Notes: generated by a model from the sequence alone, not told the origin. Positions 20,159 through 29,764 are shown, counted from the first letter of the stretch. The stretch is 55,069 bases of DNA from Candidatus Hodarchaeota archaeon (GCA_029856365.1 JAHQWW010000014.1:1-55069); one strand, 5' to 3'. Numbers and translations: made by a program.

Positions 20159-21100
20159 ATGAATTTGGTTGAATCCTTCCGTCAAGAGGTTATTGACACT
20201 CATGTTCACCCTATCCAATCATTAACCTCTGCCGAATCACTTATAAAAGAAATGGATAGAGCTAAAGTTACGAAAGCAGTTCTTTTAGCTCTTGACCTTG
20301 ATCCGAATGTTCTAGACACAAATTTAACCCTTAGAGACGAAATTGTGTATGATTTTTTGTCTTATTCACTCTTTATTGATCCATATCAGCTTCTTGATGC
20401 AATGAAAACGATTTTACGAGTGGGAAATACCTCAAACGCGCAAGTTGCAGATATAGTTCAACAATATCCTAACCGTTTCATTGGATTTGGCTCAGTAAAC
20501 CCATCGAAAGATAGTAAATATGTGAAGGTAAAACTTGAGGAAATCTCAGATCTTGATCTCAAGGGAATAAAACTTATCCCAACTTTACAATTCTTTAATC
20601 CAAGAAAGAATAAAAATCTGAAAACCATCTTCAAGTTTGCTAATAATCTAAGCTTACCGATACTAATTCACCTTGGGAAAGATCCAGGTCCCTGGGAAAT
20701 TCACACATTACAATGTGTAAAAAGGGGTCACCCTAAGTTCTGGGCTAAAATTATTAAGAAGTTTTCAAAGAATAAGATAATTTTTGCTCATCTTGGAGGA
20801 TATGGGAATACAGAGGATGAATCATGGTTGAATGAAGTTCTTGAGTTGAGCAAAAAAAATACTAATATTTATCTTGATACATCAGCAGTACCATACGATT
20901 TAGAAATTCCTTCAGTTGTTAAAAGTATTCGTGAAACATGTGGATTTGAAAAAGTACTGTTCGGCACTGACACCCCAGTAGTCATGGGAACATCCATGGA
21001 GCATTCAAGATATGTAATTGAGAACAATTCAATTTTGACTGAAGATGAAAAAAGATTGATTTTTTCAGAAAATGCAAAAAAGATTTTTCAAATTGAATGA
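20159..21100 (+). CDS. amidohydrolase_2 family metal-dependent hydrolase
   Basis: IDTHVH, GIKL.P, IHLG, AHLGG, YLDTS, LFGTD. Confidence 0.9.
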   Translation: MNLVESFRQEVIDTHVHPIQSLTSAESLIKEMDRAKVTKAVLLALDLDPNVLDTNLTLRDEIVYDFLSYSLFIDPYQLLDAMKTILRVGNTSNAQVADIVQQYPNRFIGFGSVNPSKDSKYVKVKLEEISDLDLKGIKLIPTLQFFNPRKNKNLKTIFKFANNLSLPILIHLGKDPGPWEIHTLQCVKRGHPKFWAKIIKKFSKNKIIFAHLGGYGNTEDESWLNEVLELSKKNTNIYLDTSAVPYDLEIPSVVKSIRETCGFEKVLFGTDTPVVMGTSMEHSRYVIENNSILTEDEKRLIFSENAKKIFQIE

Positions 21101-21176
21101 AGTGGTAATATACTCCAATCCGAATAATTCTATATTGAGAACTTTATATAATTATAATGATAGAGGACGATTACTT

Positions 21177-21959
21177 GTGCTTAAAGTGTGTGTTTTAGCG
21201 TCGTCTAGTAAAGGTAATGCTACTTTTGTCCGCGTGGGTACTGATAGATTCCTAATTGATGCTGGGATCAGTGCTAGAAGAATTAATAAAACACTTAATG
21301 AAATTGGAGAGAAAATCACTGATCTCACGGGGATTATCCTTACTCATGAACATCAAGATCATATTACTGGTATTAAAACCTTATCCAGAAAGTATCATCT
21401 AAAGTTCTGGGTAACTTTCGATACATATCAAAGAATAAGAAAGAAAGTAGGGAACTTCGATGCTGAGTTTATTGAGGTAGGGGAGGACTTCCGATTAGGT
21501 ACTGAACCAATTATTACCCCATACGAAATTCAACACGATTCTGTTGATCCTATTGCATTTCTTATTAAATCACATGATGGTGTTCCCCTGGTAGGTTATC
21601 TAAATGACTGTGGTAGAACCACTCCCTTCTTAATAGATGGATTTAGGAATGTGAAAGTATTAATAATTGAAGCTAACCATTCTTTCGATCTTCTTCTACA
21701 AAGCTCTTATCCTTCCTTTTTAAAACAACGATTATTAAGTCCTAAGGGGCATCTCTCGAATTGGAGTGCTGGTGAGTTCATCTCTGCAACAATGCCTCAA
21801 ATTGCAGTCCTTTCTCACCTCTCCGAAGAAAATAACACTCCTGAAAATACACTATCAGAAATCGAACCTATGTTGAGCTACCGTAATGAAAATTTAATAC
21901 CATTTTTAGTAATTGTTCCATATAAAGGAAGAAGTGCCATAATTAAGACTTTTCAATAA
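21177..21959 (+). CDS. metallo-beta-lactamase fold hydrolase (YycJ/WalJ-like)
   Basis: LASSSKGN, IDAG, THEHQDH, HD, EANH, GHLSN, HLSEENN. GTG 21177 is the likely start. Confidence 0.88.
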   Translation: MLKVCVLASSSKGNATFVRVGTDRFLIDAGISARRINKTLNEIGEKITDLTGIILTHEHQDHITGIKTLSRKYHLKFWVTFDTYQRIRKKVGNFDAEFIEVGEDFRLGTEPIITPYEIQHDSVDPIAFLIKSHDGVPLVGYLNDCGRTTPFLIDGFRNVKVLIIEANHSFDLLLQSSYPSFLKQRLLSPKGHLSNWSAGEFISATMPQIAVLSHLSEENNTPENTLSEIEPMLSYRNENLIPFLVIVPYKGRSAIIKTFQ

Positions 21960-22019
21960 ATAGAAACTATAGTCGAAAGGATAATAGAGATGATGTTATA
22001 TTCCAGGTTACAGCTATTC

Positions 22020-22415
22020 TCACGGATCAAAGGAGGGTTGTTGCATGTACATTTTTTTAATCGAGACTAACTCACCATTTGTAAGAGTTAAAATTCCAAG
22101 TTTATTTGCAAGTTCCCGAGCTGTCGCTGAGAATTGGTTTGCGCAAACCATAACCTTCGCTAAACCGGGCGTACTTGTTTGTAGCCTTTCAGCTTCTAGT
22201 ATGACATTATACCCACACGATCTAGCCCAATCTTTAACTATTACTCCAATTTTTCCGCCTATATCGATATTCTTATCTTTTGATTGATGAACCAAGTAAG
22301 AAAATTGAACTTCTTTATCATTCTTAGCCCTTATAGTGACATTTGAATCAAAGTCAAATTGTCTGAACCGTAAAAAATCTCTCACTAAGTTATTCAACTC
22401 TAATTCCATTTCCAA
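22020..22415 (-). CDS. restriction-endonuclease-like (Mrr_cat-type) fold protein, apparently degenerate active site
   Basis: 'VIVKDW...V...MVCANQFSATARELANKLGILTLTNGEL' matches the Mrr_cat C-terminus; expected catalytic D and E/Q absent. Confidence 0.65.
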   Translation of the reverse strand: MEMELELNNLVRDFLRFRQFDFDSNVTIRAKNDKEVQFSYLVHQSKDKNIDIGGKIGVIVKDWARSCGYNVILEAERLQTSTPGLAKVMVCANQFSATARELANKLGILTLTNGELVSIKKMYMQQPSFDP

Positions 22416-23036
22416 CCGACCATAACTGAGCTCAATAGCCCTATAGTTCTAACTCAATCATACTTAAAAAACTTTACCAACGGTATTAACTAGAGTAGTA
22501 CCCTTTCAATGCAATCGACTTTTCAGAAGTAACAATAAATATTCATCCTCTATTGAATCCTTGCCTTTTTTCGTCGGTTGAAAATACATATAGTAATAAA
22601 GAATGAATTTTTAGAATTACTGAGGAATTCTACAACTTAGCCTTCGAATCCTCTTAGAATTGTTATTGAGATCAATTTCTACTATAATAGTTCTTATTAC
22701 AGTTTTATTAAGAAATATCTAAACTTTAAATACCATTATGATGATTTTAAATCCATTTCCTTGTCTTATTGAATAAAATATGAATCTTTGTGCACTTTTT
22801 TATTCTGTTATGCGTTTTCTTCTTATTCTAGTATTTTTAAAAGAAGTTGCTGTTGGAAAGATAAAGCGCTGAGGATAAATAGCAATCCTCATTTCTACAT
22901 ATCTTAGATAGAATACACTAACCTTTTTAGTCTTTATGAGCTAATTATTTTTTAAAGTCAGATTCTTGACATTGACTCAACAGGAAAGCTCTGATTCTAG
23001 ACAAAATTTTTCAAAAGATAAACTATAAGATCACCA

Positions 23037-24161
23037 GTGGAGAAACAAAGCTTAATGTCAAAAAATCAAAAACAAGATGTCCAATTGGGCTTCGATCATA
23101 AAGAATGTTGGCAAATATTAAAAAAAACTGGTATTCCACGTGTATCAAAGGATAGTGTCGAAGCACTAAATAAATTAGTAACACGACGAGCCCGAGAACT
23201 TGCTACAAAAGCAGTTACTTTGGCTGCAGAAAAAGATCGAGATGAGGTTTTAGAAGAAGATTTCACACAAGCAGTAAGAATGTCATCTATTTCAACATAT
23301 GAAATTGGACAAGAGGCACCTTTTGTACATTATGTGTGGTTTATCAGTTCAGGGGGAACATGTCTTCTAAGTCGTTCTTATTCTGGATTAAAGTTTCCTG
23401 ATACGATCTTTAGTGGGCTATTGACTGGAATTTTAGATCTTATGTCAGAAGTTACTGGTAGAATGATTGAGAAGTTTTCAACTGATGATCTAACTATTCA
23501 CATCAGACGAATAGCAGATATTACAGTCGCAGTCATTTGTGATAGTGAACAAAGCGATCCTATTGATGAACTAACTGATTTATTAGCTTTCAGATTCGCT
23601 GATGTCTTTAACGAAGAAATACAGAAGGAAGTCATAGATACAAGCATCTTCGATGATTTTGCTCCAGTCTTAGATGCCCTAGTTGCTGGATCAGGTTTGA
23701 AAATTCCTATGGAAAGTTTAAGAATCATAAAAACCAGTGCTAGTCTAACTGACAAACAACTTGAGGAAACTGTCGATGCTGCCGCATTACGAGAAGAAAT
23801 GAGACGAGCACAGGAACGAATTCAAGATCTTGCTCTTTTTAAAACAGATGATAAAATCAAAGCTGCCAAAACAGCTAAAATAGAGTCATTATTTCATGAG
23901 TCTCCTGATGTTACTGAAATAAAAGCCGTATTGCGACAAGCCACAAAAGATATTAGAGAAGAATTCAATGGTGAGGAAGAACTTTCTCAGGAAGAATCAG
24001 TTGTTCAGGATATTTCACGAGAGGAAGTTTTGCAAGAGATTTCAAAAGATTTTCCAGAAATTACAACACAAAAGAAAAAACAAAAAGAAAAAACCGATAA
24101 AAAACCTATTAAGAAACCTAGAAAGAAATCAAAAAGAAAACGAAGAAGAAGGAAAAAATAG
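23037..24161 (+). CDS. histone-fold + longin-like domain fusion with polybasic C-terminal tail
   Basis: aa 17-82 align with HMf-type histone (ILKKTG..RVSKDS...A..AV.LA....R..V..ED...A); aa 96-216 longin-like (FSGLLTGI...SEV); tail 21/29 K/R. Confidence 0.75.
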   Translation: MEKQSLMSKNQKQDVQLGFDHKECWQILKKTGIPRVSKDSVEALNKLVTRRARELATKAVTLAAEKDRDEVLEEDFTQAVRMSSISTYEIGQEAPFVHYVWFISSGGTCLLSRSYSGLKFPDTIFSGLLTGILDLMSEVTGRMIEKFSTDDLTIHIRRIADITVAVICDSEQSDPIDELTDLLAFRFADVFNEEIQKEVIDTSIFDDFAPVLDALVAGSGLKIPMESLRIIKTSASLTDKQLEETVDAAALREEMRRAQERIQDLALFKTDDKIKAAKTAKIESLFHESPDVTEIKAVLRQATKDIREEFNGEEELSQEESVVQDISREEVLQEISKDFPEITTQKKKQKEKTDKKPIKKPRKKSKRKRRRRKK

Positions 24162-24202
24162 AGAAACAAAAGACAATAATATATCCTTTTCATTTAAACG
24201 AT

Positions 24203-26929
24203 TTAATGCCTGCTTTCTTTTATGAATTGTTGGTCTTTTTGACTGATACCATATAACTTAAAAACAAGAAAATCTATTTCTTCTTTTTGTTCTAATAATC
24301 TTGATAGTTCTTTTTCTATGACCGTATTCCAAATTCTTGGCTTTTCTAATTGTTCCTTCAATGAATAGTGGTCTAGGATTTCATTACTTAAACAGTATCT
24401 TAAAAATTGACGTTGAAAGGTGAATGAATAACCTGAATCTTGAAAGATATTCCAGAGTTTAGTTAAAGCTACTGCAATGTTATTTCCTATTTTTAAACAT
24501 TCTTTTACAGTTGTTTCAAGTTGAATGATAATTAAATCATCATCTATTGCATCAATATCTATAAGTGGGAATGTTTTCAGATCGTTTACCCGTATTTGGG
24601 GATAGCGACTTGAAGTTTTTTTTGCTTTACGAATGATGTTTAAATGCTCACCAATCCAATTTCCTAGCGATGAATTTAATATTCCAAGGATTAGAAGTAG
24701 TGAGTATGGTTGTTTCGGATTGTAGATCAAATGAGTATTTCTAAGAGAAAAGAATTGCTGGTCATCAAGAGTTGCGATAAACCTAGTAGCAGTTTGTCTT
24801 AGAATAATTTTCGGAGTAATAAAACGGTTTGAATTCCCTGAAATCATTAATATTTTCTTTTTTTTCTTAGAAACATCTTGGTTTGAGTCTTGAAGTTGTT
24901 TCTCATATTTTTTGTCAAATCTAACATAGGAATTTGCTAATCCTGGAACCCAAAAGAGGATATAGGGTTGTGGTAAACCATTCGAACCGTCAATAACGGG
25001 ATAAAAGTTTTTCTTGGCATGATCAGATAAAAAATGCGTTTTTAGTAAGCCACCGTATTCTAAACCACATGAAATAGATGCTAATTGACCAAGTGGCTTA
25101 GATTTTTCTTGAATATGAGAAAAGAAAAGTGGAGATTCCTGATATCTGAATATATAATTGAGGTGAGATAAAAAATGATTTTGAGAAATTCTTTGTGGTT
25201 TTCTTTCCAAAGATTCTTGCCAAATTATCTCATGATTAGATTTTGTTTGATTTCTCAAGATCAGAAGGGATAAATCAACCACAGCTGTTTTTTTGTAGTT
25301 ATAATTTGCTAGAACATAGTATAGATGATAATTCGATAGAATAAAATTCCGAATCCTCGCATAGGAAGGTAAATCTAGGAAAGAATGATCAATAACAAAA
25401 CCTAAAACACCATTCGAAGCTAAGAAATATTGTAAGCAAATACCAAGAAATAATAAGTAGGTATTGTCTCGCTTTCCGCTAAATATTGGTAATAATCGCT
25501 GAAGAGTTATTAGCTCATTCTTTAGAGATGATTCTTTGGCAAAACGGCTATGGAAAGCGAGATATGGGGGATTTGAAAGGATTATATCATATTTAGGTAA
25601 TGATTTGTCTGTATTGGCTTGATTGACAAAAAATTCAATGAAATCTCCTTGTATTAAATTGCAAGCAAACCTTTTTTTAGCTAGTTTTATCCTACAAAAT
25701 AAATCCAGGAAAATGCTGCAAATCTGAATGCAGTCTTGGTCTATATCATTCCCAAATATACTAGAAATGAGAATTTTCCTTCTTAAATCAATAAAAGAGT
25801 TCTCTACTAAGGCATTTGACATCATAAGGTTTGTTATCCATTCTAATGCAAATACAAGGAGAATTCCAGTTCCCATTGCTGGATCAAATATTTTTATGCT
25901 AGTAATGGTTTTGATCGATTTCTTTTGATTAAAACTGGCAAACGAATGAGCAACAATGGCCTCTGCAAGCTTAACTGGGGTGTAAAATCCGCCAATTTTT
26001 TGATATTTAACCTCACTATAGATCTGTGAAGAAATCTCAATCAAATAGATCAGGTGAAAATCTAGAAACCAATAACTATTTATCTGAGTGAGACTTTGTA
26101 CAGTTTGACGAAAATGTTCCATCAGTGAATCAAGAAAGTAAATATTCTCTAATTTGGAAATAAGCTCAGGATAATTAATATTACTTAACTGTTTGTAAAT
26201 TTTATCGAGGTCATTTATTTCTTTAAGAGGGAGAGAGATTAATTGATAATTAATTATCTCAAGAAGGCAATTTTGGATAGCTGTAAAAGTATTAGCCAAT
26301 AAAATGAAACGGTGAATAATAGATTTATCTTTTAACTCTTTAGGTAGATGCTTCTTCATATATTGTTTTAAGAACCCTAATAATTGTGTTTTTACGTGGT
26401 CAATAAGGCTCCATCTTAAAGAATCATTTAGAGCTTCTAATTTTGTGCTATCTAACAATATTGAAGCCAGAAACAACTCATCTAAACCAGAAATAATAGG
26501 AGACCAAATTAAAAGGTGATTATTGGAAAGAGAGAATATGTAAGTTGATTTTTGATTAATCAAACAAACCCAATCGATTGGATCAGAAATCAATTCATTT
26601 CGAATCAATTGTAAGATATAGAAGTACTTTTTTTGACTGAATAATTTATGTATTGGAGTTTCTTGGAGATAAATAAAACTAATTTTTTTAAATTGCCAAA
26701 ATAAGTCACTTTTATTTATTCTATTTTGATAAAAAATCTCATTGTAATCTTTTTTTCTTATTTGTTCAACTAAACTTAAGAAAAACTGATAACGAGTTGA
26801 ATCCTGGTTGTGAATTAGAGATTCTAAAGTATCTAGAATGATATTTAATTGCGTACGATTTGGTAAAGCTGGGATTAACGAAACAGGAATATTGTTTTTC
26901 AAAAGAAGAGGATATAAACTACTTTGCAT
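24203..26929 (-). CDS. Eco57I/TaqI-type (gamma class) N6-adenine DNA methyltransferase with C-terminal TRD; no evident nuclease
   Basis: GGFYTP, DPAMGTG, GNDID, NPPY, PKIILRQT, LLGILNS-like motif, YPQIR. Confidence 0.85.
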   Translation of the reverse strand: MQSSLYPLLLKNNIPVSLIPALPNRTQLNIILDTLESLIHNQDSTRYQFFLSLVEQIRKKDYNEIFYQNRINKSDLFWQFKKISFIYLQETPIHKLFSQKKYFYILQLIRNELISDPIDWVCLINQKSTYIFSLSNNHLLIWSPIISGLDELFLASILLDSTKLEALNDSLRWSLIDHVKTQLLGFLKQYMKKHLPKELKDKSIIHRFILLANTFTAIQNCLLEIINYQLISLPLKEINDLDKIYKQLSNINYPELISKLENIYFLDSLMEHFRQTVQSLTQINSYWFLDFHLIYLIEISSQIYSEVKYQKIGGFYTPVKLAEAIVAHSFASFNQKKSIKTITSIKIFDPAMGTGILLVFALEWITNLMMSNALVENSFIDLRRKILISSIFGNDIDQDCIQICSIFLDLFCRIKLAKKRFACNLIQGDFIEFFVNQANTDKSLPKYDIILSNPPYLAFHSRFAKESSLKNELITLQRLLPIFSGKRDNTYLLFLGICLQYFLASNGVLGFVIDHSFLDLPSYARIRNFILSNYHLYYVLANYNYKKTAVVDLSLLILRNQTKSNHEIIWQESLERKPQRISQNHFLSHLNYIFRYQESPLFFSHIQEKSKPLGQLASISCGLEYGGLLKTHFLSDHAKKNFYPVIDGSNGLPQPYILFWVPGLANSYVRFDKKYEKQLQDSNQDVSKKKKKILMISGNSNRFITPKIILRQTATRFIATLDDQQFFSLRNTHLIYNPKQPYSLLLILGILNSSLGNWIGEHLNIIRKAKKTSSRYPQIRVNDLKTFPLIDIDAIDDDLIIIQLETTVKECLKIGNNIAVALTKLWNIFQDSGYSFTFQRQFLRYCLSNEILDHYSLKEQLEKPRIWNTVIEKELSRLLEQKEEIDFLVFKLYGISQKDQQFIKESRH

Positions 26930-27453
26930 CAGAAGTCGTGTTCTTTCTTATTTCAACTTTTTGTGAATAGAATTGTCCTGCGAGATTTCTAATTGTCCAT
27001 CTTGATCATATAAAATTTTTTTTCTAATGTTGAAATCACTTTGTCAAGTTCATTATAACTCTCATTTCCTAAGTGGCTAACTGCATCCATTCTTTTTAAA
27101 ATATTTTCGGATATTATTGCGATTTTTATGATTTCATTCAACGAGCTGTCTCTTGTTGTTTTAGAAGGCTCTAATTCATCTTCTGGGGAGACAAGGAAAG
27201 GTAATGTGATTGAAACAGTAGTTCCCTGATTGTATCCTGCGGAAGTAATTTCTAATGTCCCATCATGGGCAGTAATGATTTCTTTGGTAAGATAGAGCCC
27301 TAATCATAAACGACTCGCCGAGGAGTGAAAAGTTCTAAATGGTTTTCCGACATCATCAAGGTTTGTAGATTCAATACCTACCCCATTGTCTTTTATGGTG
27401 AACTTCAGGTTTTGACCATTATCTGGAATTTTAATCCAAAATCCTAGATAGTC
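26919..27453 (-). pseudogene. histidine kinase remnant (HATPase_c plus helical C-terminus)
   Basis: Reads FTIKDNGVGIESTNLDDVGKPFRTFHSSASRL*LGLYLTKEIITAHDGTLEITSAGYNQGTTVSITLP; TGA at 27304-27306 in the G2 box; frameshifts downstream. Confidence 0.85.
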
Positions 27454-27721
27454 TTATAACAACTGGTGACTTTAAAAACGAAATCAAGTATACTACATCC
27501 TTAAACCTCCCAGTAGTTCCAAGTGGATTATTTATCTCCTTGTGAAAAGGATATCTTTAATATTATAGTTAGATTTTTATATAATAGAGCTGGATTAACA
27601 TTATTAATAGAGCGTTATTTTCTCATTCAACGAACAAAATGAACGTGAAAAACGAGAAAACGATTTTTGGACGACTTAGAGTGTGAAACTTACTACATAT
27701 TCATAAGGAATGTGATACTTA

Positions 27722-28345
27722 ATGCTAGAACGGTTAAAAGAGCTTGAAACAACCCAAAACTATTCAGAAATGCTCGAGGAGCTCCGAAAACATGAAAGTC
27801 TTACTACTCAAGCTTACAATAGATTAAGTTCTTTAATAACCAATCCAACAATAGCAGGAATCCTCAAAGCTCTAGAAGAAATGTCTATTTCCGCTACTTC
27901 TCTGTTACGTCATTGTACTGCTCTTTTAGAAGAAGAAATTATCGCTGCTCCTCTTACAGGAGAGACTGAAGTATCAAGTACTATCGCAGCTCCAGCTGAT
28001 GTCTCTAGAGACCGTGACAACATGTTTACATTGGATAGCTTAAAGACATTGTTATCAGAAATCCCACCAAGTGAAATCTCAGAAGAAGGTACAGTGATAA
28101 AAGGTAAGTTTTGGTATATCAAAGGTGGAAAGAATGAATCAATAGAACTTACTTTATCAGAAAAAAGAATCTTCGGAAAAATTCTTCTTGATCTTTTAAG
28201 ACAAATCGAAGTTGGATCAAATGAGAAGTTTTCGATCTCACCACTTGGATATGAAGCTCTACTCAGCTATCAACTTCAAAATTCATTTGGTCAGATCGTT
28301 AAAACATATGGAGAAGAATTCACATTGATTAAATTATATTCTTGA
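27722..28345 (+). CDS. hypothetical protein
   Basis: 207-aa ORF with ordinary composition, no motif recognised. Confidence 0.6.
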   Translation: MLERLKELETTQNYSEMLEELRKHESLTTQAYNRLSSLITNPTIAGILKALEEMSISATSLLRHCTALLEEEIIAAPLTGETEVSSTIAAPADVSRDRDNMFTLDSLKTLLSEIPPSEISEEGTVIKGKFWYIKGGKNESIELTLSEKRIFGKILLDLLRQIEVGSNEKFSISPLGYEALLSYQLQNSFGQIVKTYGEEFTLIKLYS

Positions 28346-28531
28346 TGTTTATGGTATGAAAAGATATTTTTATGTCTGCAAATAATGATTATGTTTATTC
28401 TTTCCCCTTTTTATATTATTCACTAATGTGATCTCGAGAAAAGTTTATATGTTGGATTGGATTACCATAATTACTAGACTAATAGTTTTTTAATCAACCT
28501 TCAAAATAAATAGAAATACGAGGTTACACTT

Positions 28532-28771
28532 TTGGAAACAGATGAAATTGAACCAAGAATAATTTCTATCTCAGCTAACATTGCAACTAGCTTAGTAGAA
28601 TACATGGACTTACTTATAGAACGAGGATATTATTCTTCACGAGAAGATATCATTCGTCAAGCCATTATTGACTTGTTTATAGATAAATTTGAGATTAGCC
28701 TTCTAGATCTTGAACCAGATCTTTTCGAATTTCCATCTTTAGAGGATATTGAAGAAGTAGACGAAGATTAG
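28532..28771 (+). CDS. ribbon-helix-helix (CopG/Arc/MetJ) regulator with acidic tail
   Basis: ISISANI...LVEYMDLLIERGYYSSREDIIRQAI; GAGGT upstream. Confidence 0.85.
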   Translation: METDEIEPRIISISANIATSLVEYMDLLIERGYYSSREDIIRQAIIDLFIDKFEISLLDLEPDLFEFPSLEDIEEVDED

Positions 28772-29165
28772 ACCAGATTTAAGGGATTTTCAAGTGGGGA
28801 AGGAGCTCACAATCCCGTTGAGCATTGTACGGAGCTAGCCACTCTTTTGAGGATCGTCTCCCTCGAATTGAGGTTCAAGACTGCAAAAACGGCTTTAGAG
28901 GATGTCCCATCTTTATATTGATTAAATTTCTTATGAAATGTTGACTCACAGAGTTGATACATTAATCCAAACATTTGCCGAACGATGGAAGAGGACTCAA
29001 ACTAGAAAGGAATAATTTTAGATATAACGTTTTCTATTTTGGTCACACAAATTCAATGGTACACAACCTACTGAAGCAAAACGTTCCATTAATTATATGA
29101 ATAATTTCTTAGAAGGATGTATTAATCTTTATTTGAATTGATTTCTTGTTGAGTTGTACCATTAT

Positions 29166-29483
29166 ATGATTGAGATTCATCTATATGGTTCATTGAAGAA
29201 AAAAATTAACCCAAACGCTTCATTTGCGGAGGATACAGTGCTTCATATCCCATATATTGAGAATGAACAATTATTTCAACTTTTAGATCGCTTAAATATC
29301 AAATTAGATGAGTGCGGGGAGTTATTCTGTAATGGTAAAGTTTCTATGGCGACTACTTTAATCCCAAAAGGAGCACGTATTGGATTATTTTCAACAGGCA
29401 TGCATCTCTTATGTGGTGGCCAACATCTGAAGGGCCATGGATTTATCACGAAAAAACCAACAAAAAAAAGTGAATATTTCTGA
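29166..29483 (+). CDS. MoaD/ThiS beta-grasp protein with His/Cys-rich C-terminal extension
   Basis: IHLYGSL, LFCNG, GARIGLF, then MHLLCGGQHLKGHG. Confidence 0.75.
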   Translation: MIEIHLYGSLKKKINPNASFAEDTVLHIPYIENEQLFQLLDRLNIKLDECGELFCNGKVSMATTLIPKGARIGLFSTGMHLLCGGQHLKGHGFITKKPTKKSEYF

Positions 29484-29500
29484 AAGGAAGCCTTTCAACA

Positions 29501-29752
29501 ATGATGGTGAAAGTAAAACTCTTTGCATCATTAAGGGAATTCGGGCCTACTAATGTTAAGCTTGGAGAAAGTTTTCCAGTCCCTCTTGATGAATCTGCTG
29601 ATATTGCTGCTTTGTTAAAAAAATTGAAGATTACTGAAGATCAAGCGAAAATAATAATGATTAATGGGAATCCAGGTAAAATGCATGAAAAACTAGAAGA
29701 GAATGATGAAGTAGCTATTTTTCCACCAATTGGCGGTGGTACATCGATATGA
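29501..29752 (+). CDS. moaD: MoaD/SAMP ubiquitin-like sulfur carrier
   Basis: VKLFASLRE, MING, DEVAIFPPIGGG(TSI). Confidence 0.88.
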   Translation: MMVKVKLFASLREFGPTNVKLGESFPVPLDESADIAALLKKLKITEDQAKIIMINGNPGKMHEKLEENDEVAIFPPIGGGTSI

Positions 29753-29764
29753 TTTCGTTATTGA

